A DNA stretch of 62,145 bases, from assembly GCA_947632205.1 (NCBI GenBank), contig CANROK010000002.1, positions 1 through 62,145 of the forward strand. Reading direction: 5' to 3'. Below, one piece after another: positions 10,037 through 18,914 of this stretch (within the stretch, counting starts at the first letter, position 1; the number at the start of each line of letters is the position of its first letter). The position numbers and the translations under genes were made by a program. The notes below the pieces were generated by a model. The model searched no databases, was not told where the DNA came from, and worked only from the letters and a program-made list of their open reading frames with translations. The DNA is from an uncultured Bacilli bacterium (GTDB taxonomy: Bacteria > Bacillota_I > Bacilli_A > RF39 > UBA660).

Positions 10037-10079
10037 TTAATCTTATCATATTTTTTATTAATTAACAAGAAAAGTTCAA

Positions 10080-10095
10080 TGTTTCACGTGAAACA
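10080..10095. promoter_or_regulatory. parS consensus site 1 (TGTTTCACGTGAAACA)
   Basis: Exact 16-bp palindromic ParB/Spo0J centromere consensus. Confidence 0.85.
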
Positions 10096-10149
10096 TATCT
10101 TTTAAATTGTTTTATTTTTTACATATTTTATATTATTATGTAAACAAAT

Positions 10150-10165
10150 TATTTCCCGGGAAATA
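10150..10165. promoter_or_regulatory. Noc-binding-site (NBS) consensus 1 (TATTTCCCGGGAAATA)
   Basis: Exact match to the B. subtilis NBS core ATTTCCCGGGAAAT. The palindrome extends to 24 bp (10146-10169). Confidence 0.8.
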
Positions 10166-10251
10166 ATTTTGTGCAAATTATATAAGAATTGGTATAAGCT
10201 TTAATAAAATAATAGATCAAAATATATTTTTATGCAATTCTTTTTTTTAAA

Positions 10252-10267
10252 TGTTTCACGTGAAACA
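10252..10267. promoter_or_regulatory. parS consensus site 2
   Basis: Exact TGTTTCACGTGAAACA, flanked by an A-run and a T-run. Confidence 0.85.
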
Positions 10268-10372
10268 TTTTTGCTTTTTTGATTAATCAAATACTATATA
10301 CTTATTCTCATATTATTATTTAAATTAAATTTTTATATTAATTAACTTTATTAAAATATTATGTAAATTAAT

Positions 10373-10388
10373 TATTTTCTGGAAAATA
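10373..10388. promoter_or_regulatory. degenerate NBS-like site 2 (TATTTTCTGGAAAATA)
   Basis: Same position in the repeat unit as the intact NBS copies. Three mismatches to the 16-mer. Confidence 0.4.
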
Positions 10389-10480
10389 ATTTTGTGCGAA
10401 TTCTTATAAGAATAGGTAGATTTTTAATATACTACAAAAGTTAATATATTCATCTATGCGATTTTTCATAATGTATAATA

Positions 10481-10496
10481 TGTTTCACGTGAAACA
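10481..10496. promoter_or_regulatory. parS consensus site 3
   Basis: Exact TGTTTCACGTGAAACA. Confidence 0.85.
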
Positions 10497-10613
10497 TTAA
10501 TACTTATATAATATTATTATTCAAGTAAATTATTTTTCAACTTTATTAATTATGTTTTTTAAATTTATTAACAAATTATTTGATTTATTTTTTTAAATAT
10601 TATGTAAATCAAA

Positions 10614-10629
10614 TATTTCCCGGGAAATA
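10614..10629. promoter_or_regulatory. NBS consensus 3 (TATTTCCCGGGAAATA)
   Basis: Exact match. The palindrome extends to about 22 bp. Confidence 0.8.
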
Positions 10630-10722
10630 TTTTTTTTGCAAATTCTCTAAGAATTGGTATAAATGTTAATATTAAAATAATAGATCATAATGTTTTTTGT
10701 ATGCAAAACCATTTTTTTAAAA

Positions 10723-10738
10723 TGTTTCACGTGAAACA
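10723..10738. promoter_or_regulatory. parS consensus site 4
   Basis: Exact TGTTTCACGTGAAACA. Confidence 0.85.
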
Positions 10739-10816
10739 TTTTGCATTTTAGATAAATCATATATTTTTTTAATTAATAACCAACAATTAATTTAACTTTA
10801 TTTTATATAAACTAAT

Positions 10817-10832
10817 TATTTTTCATGAAATA
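10817..10832. promoter_or_regulatory. degenerate NBS-like site 4 (TATTTTTCATGAAATA)
   Basis: Same unit position as the intact NBS copies. The central CCCGGG is lost. Confidence 0.35.
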
Positions 10833-10925
10833 ATTAAATACAATTTTATAAGAATCGTTGAATTTTTAACAATGAAATACTACAAAGAACAATATATTCA
10901 CCTATGCGATTTCATAACATTTATA

Positions 10926-10941
10926 TGTTTCACGTGAAACA
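10926..10941. promoter_or_regulatory. parS consensus site 5
   Basis: Exact TGTTTCACGTGAAACA. Confidence 0.85.
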
Positions 10942-11056
10942 TTAATATTTTTATAATAATTATTATTTAAGAAAAATATTTTCTATTTTTCTTAATTATA
11001 TTTTTTGTATTTATTAACAATTATTCACTTTATTTTTAAATATTATGTAAACTAAT

Positions 11057-11072
11057 TATTTCCCGGGAAATA
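11057..11072. promoter_or_regulatory. NBS consensus 5 (TATTTCCCGGGAAATA)
   Basis: Exact match. Confidence 0.8.
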
Positions 11073-11164
11073 TTTTTTTGCAAAATTCTTAAGAATTGGT
11101 ATAAATTTTAATTAAAATAATAGATTATAATGTTTTTTTGTATGCAAAACCATTCTTTTTAAAA

Positions 11165-11180
11165 TGTTTCACGTGAAACA
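11165..11180. promoter_or_regulatory. parS consensus site 6
   Basis: Exact TGTTTCACGTGAAACA. Confidence 0.85.
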
Positions 11181-11291
11181 TTGAATTAATTTTTTAGATT
11201 ATTAATTGTTTTTCTATATAATTTTATTCAAAAATAATTGTTATTAACATTTTGATAATATCAACGTAAATTTGATGTTATGTAAACCAAT

Positions 11292-11307
11292 TATTTCCCG
11301 GGAAATA
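11292..11307. promoter_or_regulatory. NBS consensus 6 (TATTTCCCGGGAAATA)
   Basis: Exact match, about 45 bp from the gyrA stop. Confidence 0.8.
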
Positions 11308-11350
11308 ATTTTGTGCCAAATTTCTAAGATTTGGTAAAAAAAAGAAACAA

Positions 11351-13939
11351 TTAATTTGTTTCTTCAGTATTATTTATATTGTCATCTTCAATATTTTCTT
11401 TTTCAATGTCTACAATACTAACAGTTGCAACTGTTTGAGAGTCACGTAAAGATATTAATCTTAAACCTTGGGTAACTCTTCCTAAAATTGATATTTGATC
11501 TACTGGTAATTTAATTGTTATTCCTGCATTAGTCATTATTACGGCTGCTTTTCCTTCTTCAACAACTTTAGAAGAAACTAATTTTCCATTTTTTTCTGTA
11601 ATATTTAAAGCAAGAACTCCTTTACTACCACGGCGTGTTTGCCTAAAATCACTAACCTTAGTACGTTTTCCATATCCTTTTTCTGTAACTAATAATAACA
11701 TTGATTCTTCATTAGCAACTTCACAACAAATACATGTATTATCAGCATCGCCTAAATTAATACCGCGTACTCCAGTTGCTGTTCTTCCCATAATTCTTAT
11801 TTCATTTTCAGCAAATTTTACCATTCGACCATTACTACTGCCTAATAAAATGACATTATTACCTGTGGTCTTTTTTACAGCGATTAATTCATCATTATTC
11901 TTTAAATTAATACATATTTTACCAGAATTTCTAATATTTTCAAATTCTTTTATATCAGTTCTTTTAACTATACCTTTCTTCGTTGCAAACATTAGATATT
12001 TAGCATCATCATCATTAGTTACTTTAATAATTGTATTAATTTTTTCACCTTTTTCAATTTGAAGAAGATTAATTACAGGAATACCTTTAGATTGTCGACT
12101 AAATTCAGGAATTTCATAACCTTTTAATCGATATACTTTACCTTTATTAGTAAAGAACATTACGTAATCATGAGTTGTAATATTGATTAAATGACTTACA
12201 AAATCTTCATCAGTAGTAGTTAATCCTTTTATGCCGACACCACCACGATTTTGAACTTTAAATGTATCATTTTTAGTTCTCTTAACATATCCTTTATCAG
12301 TAACAATTATCATTGAATCTTCCACAGGAATTAAGGATTCATCTTCAATATAATCTATAGCAGTCATATCAATTGCTGTTCTTCTTTCATCAGCATATTT
12401 ATCTTTAATTTCTAATAATTCTTTTCTTATTATTTCTAATACTTTTTGTTCAGATGCTAAAATGGCTTTTAATTCTTCTATTTCTTTTAATAGAGCATTT
12501 AATTCTTCTTCTATTTTATCTCTTTCTAATCCCGTTAATCTACGTAATTTCAATTCTAAGATAGCATCTGCTTGAACTTCAGATAGTGCAAAACGATTAA
12601 TTAATTTTGTCTTTGCATCAATATCATCTTCAGCATTTTTTATAATATTAACAACTTCATCAATATTATCTTGAGCAATTTTATAACCTTCTAAAATATG
12701 AACTCTTTTTTCATCTTTGGCTAAATCAAATCTTGTTCTTCTAATTATAACTTCTTTTTGATGATCAATATATTTAGAAATTATATCTCTTAAACCAAGT
12801 GTTTTTGGAGTACCATTATCAAGCATTAAGAAAATAATACCATAATTTACTTGGAAAGATGTATGTTTATATAAATTATTTAAAATTACTTGAGCATTAG
12901 CGTCTTTTTTTAAAGTAATAGTTATTTTAACACCATCTTTTAAATCAGTATGATAATCAGTTATACCATCAATAATTTTATCTCTTACTAATTCAGCAAC
13001 TTTTTCTTTTAATTCTTGTGTATTAACACCATAAGGAACTTCCGTAATTACAATTACACTATGGTTATTATGTTCTTCTATACTAGCTCTACTTCTAATT
13101 GTAATTGAACCGCGACCTGTTTCATAAGCTTTTTTTATTCCTGAATTTCCTAAAATTATACCACCAGTAGGAAAATCTGGACCTTTTATATATTGCATTA
13201 AACCAAGCGTATCTATTTCAGGATTATCAATATAGGCAACACATCCATCAATTACTTCACCTAAGTTATGTGGTGGTATATTAGTGGCCATACCTACGGC
13301 AATTCCCATAGATCCATTTACTAAAATATTTGGAAATCTTGATGGTAGAACCTTTGGCTCTTCAAGGGTTTCATCATAATTCGGAGTCATATCAACTGTA
13401 TCTTTATTTATATCTCTTAATAATTCTAAAGATATTTTTGCAAGTCGTGCTTCCGTATAACGATAAGCTGCTGCTCCATCACCTTCAATATTACCAAAGT
13501 TTCCATGGCCATCAACAAGCATATATCTTTGGTTAAAACTTTGAGCTAGACGAACCATAGCTTCATATATTGAAGAATCGCCATGTGGATGATAATGCCC
13601 CATAACATTACCAACAGTTGTTGCAGATTTTCTGTGAGGTTTATCAGGTGTATTTCCCTCTTCATACATAGACCACAAAATACGTCTATGAACTGGCTTT
13701 AAACCATCTCTTAAATCAGGTATTGCTCTTGATGTTATAACACTCATGGAATAGTCTAAAAATGAATCTTTTACTTCATCAACAATGTTATTTTCTTTAT
13801 GAGAATCTCTTTCGTGAAATTCACCGCCAAAATCTGTTTCAGTTACTTCTTCTTCTACTTCTTCTACATTTTTTATATTTTCTGATTCATTTATCGGATT
13901 TTCATTATTATTTGTTTCATTTATATCTTTGTTATCCAT
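11351..13939 (-). CDS. gyrA: DNA gyrase subunit A
   Basis: 862 aa. [32 protein letters not shown] (QRDR) and the active-site YRYTEARL. gyrB-gyrA synteny. Confidence 0.97.
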   Translation of the reverse strand: MDNKDINETNNNENPINESENIKNVEEVEEEVTETDFGGEFHERDSHKENNIVDEVKDSFLDYSMSVITSRAIPDLRDGLKPVHRRILWSMYEEGNTPDKPHRKSATTVGNVMGHYHPHGDSSIYEAMVRLAQSFNQRYMLVDGHGNFGNIEGDGAAAYRYTEARLAKISLELLRDINKDTVDMTPNYDETLEEPKVLPSRFPNILVNGSMGIAVGMATNIPPHNLGEVIDGCVAYIDNPEIDTLGLMQYIKGPDFPTGGIILGNSGIKKAYETGRGSITIRSRASIEEHNNHSVIVITEVPYGVNTQELKEKVAELVRDKIIDGITDYHTDLKDGVKITITLKKDANAQVILNNLYKHTSFQVNYGIIFLMLDNGTPKTLGLRDIISKYIDHQKEVIIRRTRFDLAKDEKRVHILEGYKIAQDNIDEVVNIIKNAEDDIDAKTKLINRFALSEVQADAILELKLRRLTGLERDKIEEELNALLKEIEELKAILASEQKVLEIIRKELLEIKDKYADERRTAIDMTAIDYIEDESLIPVEDSMIIVTDKGYVKRTKNDTFKVQNRGGVGIKGLTTTDEDFVSHLINITTHDYVMFFTNKGKVYRLKGYEIPEFSRQSKGIPVINLLQIEKGEKINTIIKVTNDDDAKYLMFATKKGIVKRTDIKEFENIRNSGKICINLKNNDELIAVKKTTGNNVILLGSSNGRMVKFAENEIRIMGRTATGVRGINLGDADNTCICCEVANEESMLLLVTEKGYGKRTKVSDFRQTRRGSKGVLALNITEKNGKLVSSKVVEEGKAAVIMTNAGITIKLPVDQISILGRVTQGLRLISLRDSQTVATVSIVDIEKENIEDDNINNTEETN

Positions 13940-13948
13940 TTTAACCTC

Positions 13949-15877
13949 CTAAATGTCTAAGTTTTTAACTTTAATAGCATTTTCTTCAATGAATGCTCTT
14001 CTTGGTTCTACCTCGTCACCCATTAATTTTTCAAATATTGCATCAGCTGCTATACAATCACCAACGGTTATTTTTCTTAAAACTCTTTTATTTATATCCA
14101 TTGTTGTTTCATTTAATTCTTCAGCATCCATTTCACCTAGCCCCTTCATTCTGGCTATTTCAGCACGATTTCTAACATTTTCAGGTAAAGATGCTAAATA
14201 TTCTTCTTTTTCTTGTTCATCTAAAACATATTTTCTTGTTTTACCATGCATTATTCTAAATAATGGTGGTTGAGCAGCATAGACATGTCCAGCTTCAACA
14301 ATTGGCTTAAAAAATCTATAAAACAACGTTAATAATAAAACCCTAATGTGTGCTCCATCAACATCGGCATCGGTCATAATAATGATTTTATCATATCTTA
14401 ATTTTGATAAATCAAAATATTCACCAATACCAGTACCAAAGGCCGTAATAATTGTTTTAATTTCTTCGTTACCTAGTGCTTTATCTAATCTTGCCTTTTC
14501 GACATTTAATATTTTACCTCTTAATGGCAAAATAGCTTGTGTCATAGAATCTCTACCTTCTTTGGCTGAACCACCAGCTGAATCTCCCTCGACAATAAAT
14601 ATTTCAGAAACTGATGGATCTTTACTTTTACAATCAGATAATTTACCAAAGAAATTAGTTGTTGCTAAATCACTTTTTCTTGTTGCTTCTCTTGCCTTTT
14701 TAGCGGCCATTCTTGCATCTCTTGCTAATATAGCTTTTCCAATAATAATTTTGGCATAATCAGGATTTTCTAATAAAAATTGTTCAAATCCTTCCGAAAA
14801 CACACTATCAGCTAAATTTTTAACTTCAGAATTACCTAATCTTCCTTTCGTTTGACCTTCAAATTGAGGATTTGGATGTTTACAAGAAATAATCATTGTT
14901 AATCCTTCTTTAACATCGTCCTCTTTCAAATTTTCATCTTTTTCTTTTAAAATATTATTCTTTCTGGCATAATTATTAATTACTCTTACTAAAGCCCTTT
15001 TTACACCATCTTCATGCGTACCACCATCATGAGTATTAATATTATTAACAAATGAATAAATATTTTCATTATATCCCGAATTATATTGCATAGCTACTTC
15101 AAACACAATACCATCTTTTTCACCATTTAAATGAATAATTTCATCATGAAGTACTGTCTTTCCTTGATTTATAAATCTAACATATTCTGATATTCCACCT
15201 TCATAAAGAAAAGTTTCACCAGTTGTATCTTCCATATCTCGATCATCACGAATAGTAAGAGATAATCCTTTATTTAAAAATGCAAGTTCTCTTATTCTAA
15301 CCTTTAATGTTTCATAATCATATATATCTGTATCAAATATTTCAGGATCTGGTTTAAAAGATACAGTTGTACCTGTTCTATTTAATTCACATGTACCAAT
15401 TTCTTTAAGTTTTTGAATAGTTTTACCACCATTTGCAAATTTAGTTTCATATATTTTACCATCTTTATAAACTGTTACAGTAACCCATTTTGAAAGTGCA
15501 TTTACTACTGAAGCTCCAACTCCATGTAATCCGCCACTTACTTTGTAGCCGCCTCCACCAAATTTACCACCAGCATGTAATACAGTATACACTGTTTCAA
15601 CGGTTGAAACACCAGTTTTTGGATGTATTCCTACTGGAATTCCACGACCATTATCTTTAACTGTGATTGAGTTATCTTTATTAATTACAACTTCAATATG
15701 ATTACAAAATCCTGCTAAAGCTTCATCTATAGCATTATCAACAATTTCCCAAACTAAATGGTGAAGTCCTTTAACATCAGTCGTTCCAATATACATTCCT
15801 GGTCTTTTTCGAACTGCTTCAAGTCCTTCTAAAACTTGAATATCATTTTCATTATAATGTAAATTATTTTCTTCCAT
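13949..15877 (-). CDS. gyrB: DNA gyrase subunit B
   Basis: 642 aa. GHKL ATPase motifs ([20 protein letters not shown]), Toprim EGDSAGG and [10 protein letters not shown]. Confidence 0.97.
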   Translation of the reverse strand: MEENNLHYNENDIQVLEGLEAVRKRPGMYIGTTDVKGLHHLVWEIVDNAIDEALAGFCNHIEVVINKDNSITVKDNGRGIPVGIHPKTGVSTVETVYTVLHAGGKFGGGGYKVSGGLHGVGASVVNALSKWVTVTVYKDGKIYETKFANGGKTIQKLKEIGTCELNRTGTTVSFKPDPEIFDTDIYDYETLKVRIRELAFLNKGLSLTIRDDRDMEDTTGETFLYEGGISEYVRFINQGKTVLHDEIIHLNGEKDGIVFEVAMQYNSGYNENIYSFVNNINTHDGGTHEDGVKRALVRVINNYARKNNILKEKDENLKEDDVKEGLTMIISCKHPNPQFEGQTKGRLGNSEVKNLADSVFSEGFEQFLLENPDYAKIIIGKAILARDARMAAKKAREATRKSDLATTNFFGKLSDCKSKDPSVSEIFIVEGDSAGGSAKEGRDSMTQAILPLRGKILNVEKARLDKALGNEEIKTIITAFGTGIGEYFDLSKLRYDKIIIMTDADVDGAHIRVLLLTLFYRFFKPIVEAGHVYAAQPPLFRIMHGKTRKYVLDEQEKEEYLASLPENVRNRAEIARMKGLGEMDAEELNETTMDINKRVLRKITVGDCIAADAIFEKLMGDEVEPRRAFIEENAIKVKNLDI

Positions 15878-15924
15878 TTATTTTCACCATTTCCTTCTTA
15901 AATCACTCTTAAATTTACTATTTT

Positions 15925-17013
15925 TTATTGTTCTTCTACAAAACTATTTTCATTTATTTTAAAAATTTTTGCTTTTTTTAGTAATAATTCATCTATTTTA
16001 TCTAAATCAGTTGTTGTAATAAAAGTTTGAATATTATTAGATAATATTTTAACAATATTTTTTATTTTATATTTATCTAAAGCACTAAATAAGTCATCTA
16101 ATATTAAAATTGGATAACTACCCTTTTCTTCATAAATTAAATCAATTAAAGCTAATTTAAAAGCAAAAATAGCATTCTTTTTTTGACCATTACTACCCCT
16201 AATTACTATATCTTTATTATCTAATAAAAATATCATATCATCATGATGTATTCCATATAATGTTTTACCTATTGCCATTTCTTTATTATAATTTTTTTTA
16301 TAATTATTTAATATATCATCTACACTTTTTTGATAATCAGAATTATATTTAATAATTAATTCTCCCTTTTCAAAAATACTTTGATATTTTTTAGTTATTA
16401 ATTTATTGATTTTATCTATAAATTCTTGACGATAATCATATATTTTTTTACCATATTCAATTAATTTATTAGTTAAAATATCTAAATACTCATAACTACC
16501 ATTACCATTTATAAATAACTCTTTCAAATAAAAATTTCTTTGTTTCAAGATTTTATTATAACTATTAAGATATAAAATATATTCTTTTTTAATTCCACAT
16601 AATTCGATATTTAATAATTTTCTTCTTTCTGATGGACTTTGTTCAAATAATATTTGTTCATCTGGCTCTAATAAAACTATATTAATATTTGAAATATAAT
16701 CACTTAATTTTGAAATAATATTCTTATCAATTTTGACTTTTTTTCCTTCTTTATTTATTATAACTTCATAATCATTAGTTGTATTTGTTTCTACCTCACC
16801 TTCTATTTTAGTAGCTATTTCGCCCTCTTTTATTAAATTACGATCATTATTTGTCCTAAAAGATTTAGTTATTGATAATGCATATATTGCTTCAACTAAG
16901 TTAGTTTTACCTACCCCATTGTTACCATATATAATATTTAGAGTATCATTAAAATTTAATTCTAGTTTATTATAATTTCTAAAATTGGAGAGTTTTAATG
17001 TATTCAGTTTCAT
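15925..17013 (-). CDS. recF: DNA replication and repair protein RecF
   Basis: Walker A GNNGVGKTN, SMC-like signature and LILDDLFSALD Walker B. Position is before gyrB. Confidence 0.93.
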   Translation of the reverse strand: MKLNTLKLSNFRNYNKLELNFNDTLNIIYGNNGVGKTNLVEAIYALSITKSFRTNNDRNLIKEGEIATKIEGEVETNTTNDYEVIINKEGKKVKIDKNIISKLSDYISNINIVLLEPDEQILFEQSPSERRKLLNIELCGIKKEYILYLNSYNKILKQRNFYLKELFINGNGSYEYLDILTNKLIEYGKKIYDYRQEFIDKINKLITKKYQSIFEKGELIIKYNSDYQKSVDDILNNYKKNYNKEMAIGKTLYGIHHDDMIFLLDNKDIVIRGSNGQKKNAIFAFKLALIDLIYEEKGSYPILILDDLFSALDKYKIKNIVKILSNNIQTFITTTDLDKIDELLLKKAKIFKINENSFVEEQ

Positions 17014-17103
17014 AATTTAACCTTCTTTTAGTTGTAATTTAATAAAACAGGTATTTTAATACTCCTATACCTACTTATAATTATAACATAAATTTGATAT
17101 ATT

Positions 17104-17556
17104 TTAAAGCAAATTAGCACTATTTTGATAATTTAATTGATTAAATAATTTTAAATAATTAATTAATATCTTTTCAAAGCTATATTTTGATATTTTAACA
17201 TTAAAAATTATATTATTTACACACTTTATATTTAATAAATTATCTTTTATTTTATAATTTAATATTTTATTTCCTACTATAAATAAGCAATCTTCATCTC
17301 TTAAACCATATATTTGTAATAAAATAATCTTTTTTTCTTCAGAAATTATTATAGGAATTTTATATTTTATATTTAATATATTTTGGGCATATTTTCTTCT
17401 TCCTTCTAAATTACTCCCATATATTAAGCAATTATTATTTAATAATTTTTTTATATTAATGTTGAAAACTATAGTGTTATCAACATTAATTATTTTTATT
17501 TTATTATTATCTTTACAAATAGCCACAGTTTTTTCATTAATTAAATAGTTATTCAT
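17104..17556 (-). CDS. ComK-family competence transcription factor-like protein (short, 150 aa)
   Basis: Core CLIYGSNLEGRRKYAQNILNIKYKIPIIISEEKKIILLQIYGLRDEDCLFI parallels B. subtilis ComK CRFFGSSYAGRKAGTYEVTKISHKPPIMVDPSNQIFLFPTLSSTRPQCGWI (recalled from memory). Confidence 0.6.
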   Translation of the reverse strand: MNNYLINEKTVAICKDNNKIKIINVDNTIVFNINIKKLLNNNCLIYGSNLEGRRKYAQNILNIKYKIPIIISEEKKIILLQIYGLRDEDCLFIVGNKILNYKIKDNLLNIKCVNNIIFNVKISKYSFEKILINYLKLFNQLNYQNSANLL

Positions 17557-17672
17557 AGTATTCCTCCTGAAAATTAAGGACTACTATAACATATCTTTTC
17601 TAAAAAGAATGTCATATTTTGTTTTAAAATAAAAGTATATACCTTTTTAGTATACACTTTCTATTGCTAATT

Positions 17673-18791
17673 TTAATAAGTTTTTACAGGTAATATTAAT
17701 TCAATTAAAGATTCATCTTTAATTGGTTTTATTAAAATTGGTTTATCATCACTATTAATTAATAATAATATACTATCTTCTTTTATTACTCTTAATGCTT
17801 CTAACATATATCTAGAACTAAAAGCAATCTCTAATTTTTCTTTATTACTACAATCTATTGATAATTTTTCTTCAGTTTTACCAATTTCACTTGAGGAAGA
17901 AAAAATAGTCATTATTTTATTATCAATTAATACTTTAACAATATTTTTATCTCTATTAACTGCTAATAAAGAAGCCCGATCAACAGCATCATTAAACGCT
18001 TTTAAATCTAAATTAATCATATAAGCAAATTCATTAGGAATAAAATTACTTGTATCAGGATATGTTCCACTTAATAAATTTGTTTGAAATTCAATATTTT
18101 TATACTTAAATAATATTTTATTATTAAATATATGCATAACAACATCTTCTTCATTATCTAACATTTTTTCAAGTTCTATAATACTTTTGCCTGGAATTAC
18201 AATATTAATTGCTGTATTAACTGGCTTAGATAATTTTATATTCTTTTTAGCAAGACGATATGAATCTGTTGCAATACATTCTAGAATATCTCCATTTATT
18301 TTTAAATTAATACCAGTAAGTAGAGGTCTTACTTCTTGATTAGAAACAGCATATGATGTTTCATTTATAATATTTTTTAAAATTTCATCTTTTATTTCTA
18401 TTGGTTCTTTACTTTCTTCTAAAGTAATATTTGGATAATCATTAATATCATAACAATTTAAATTAAATTCATTATTATCAGTATATATTTTTAATTTACT
18501 ATCTTCCTCAGATTCAAAATTAATAATCTCGGCTGGCATCTTTCTAATTATATCTAATATATATTTACTTTGAATAATCATACTTCCTGTTTTTTCAATT
18601 TTCTTAATTTCTTTTTCGTCTATTTTAACTCTTATCGTAAGTTCAGAATCACTTGCCATTAAACTAAGACCTGTTTCATCTAAATCAAGCTTAATACCAT
18701 TTAATATAGGAATAGTTGTTCTTGTTCCAATTGCTCTAGATACATTTGTAAGAGCTTCTAGTAAAATATTTTTATCAATAATAAATTTCAT
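17673..18791 (-). CDS. dnaN: DNA polymerase III beta sliding clamp
   Basis: 372 aa. MKFIIDKNILLEALTNVSRAI start typical of DnaN. Immediately downstream of dnaA. Confidence 0.95.
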   Translation of the reverse strand: MKFIIDKNILLEALTNVSRAIGTRTTIPILNGIKLDLDETGLSLMASDSELTIRVKIDEKEIKKIEKTGSMIIQSKYILDIIRKMPAEIINFESEEDSKLKIYTDNNEFNLNCYDINDYPNITLEESKEPIEIKDEILKNIINETSYAVSNQEVRPLLTGINLKINGDILECIATDSYRLAKKNIKLSKPVNTAINIVIPGKSIIELEKMLDNEEDVVMHIFNNKILFKYKNIEFQTNLLSGTYPDTSNFIPNEFAYMINLDLKAFNDAVDRASLLAVNRDKNIVKVLIDNKIMTIFSSSSEIGKTEEKLSIDCSNKEKLEIAFSSRYMLEALRVIKEDSILLLINSDDKPILIKPIKDESLIELILPVKTY

Positions 18792-18914
18792 ATTCTTCCT
18801 TCTTTCTATTTTATATTAATTATTATTATTATAATGTGGAAAATGTTAATAACTTTTATTTTCTTTAAAATATTAAGAAATTTGCTGTTAATAACTTTGT
18901 GATTTTCAACATAT
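18792..18914. other. oriC part 2 (dnaA-dnaN spacer) with DnaA-box-like 9-mers
   Basis: TGTGGAAAA (18835-18843, the reverse complement of TTTTCCACA), TGTTAATAA at 18844 and 18886, and TTTTCAACA at 18903. A bipartite Firmicutes-type origin is expected here. Confidence 0.6.

Larger units (their letters stand above)
10069..11350. repeat. ORF-free tandem repeat array (about 203-242 bp units, two alternating subtypes) interleaving parS and Noc-binding-site palindromes
   Basis: There are six exact copies of ATGTTTCACGTGAAACAT and six copies of a (T)TATTTCCCGGGAAATA(A)-type palindrome. Flanks are conserved (TTATGTAAAC..AAT upstream, GAATTGGTATAA downstream). No ORF of 60 aa or more on either strand. 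Confidence 0.95.

Noticed and set aside
9937-10068. N-terminal 44 codons of the tracked 183-aa tadA ORF
   Set aside because: This sequence is not deaminase-like and coincides with an SRP RNA hairpin that has its own promoter and U-run. A good ATG at 9936 gives a normal-length TadA.
10069-11350. Possible CRISPR array, MITE/IS remnant or rRNA/tRNA relic in the repeat-rich gap
   Set aside because: The repeat period is about 230 bp with conserved 'spacers', not 28-37-bp repeats with unique spacers. There are no terminal inverted repeats with target duplications, no transposase or cas genes, and no rRNA/tRNA-like conserved sequence. The two palindromes match parS and NBS exactly.
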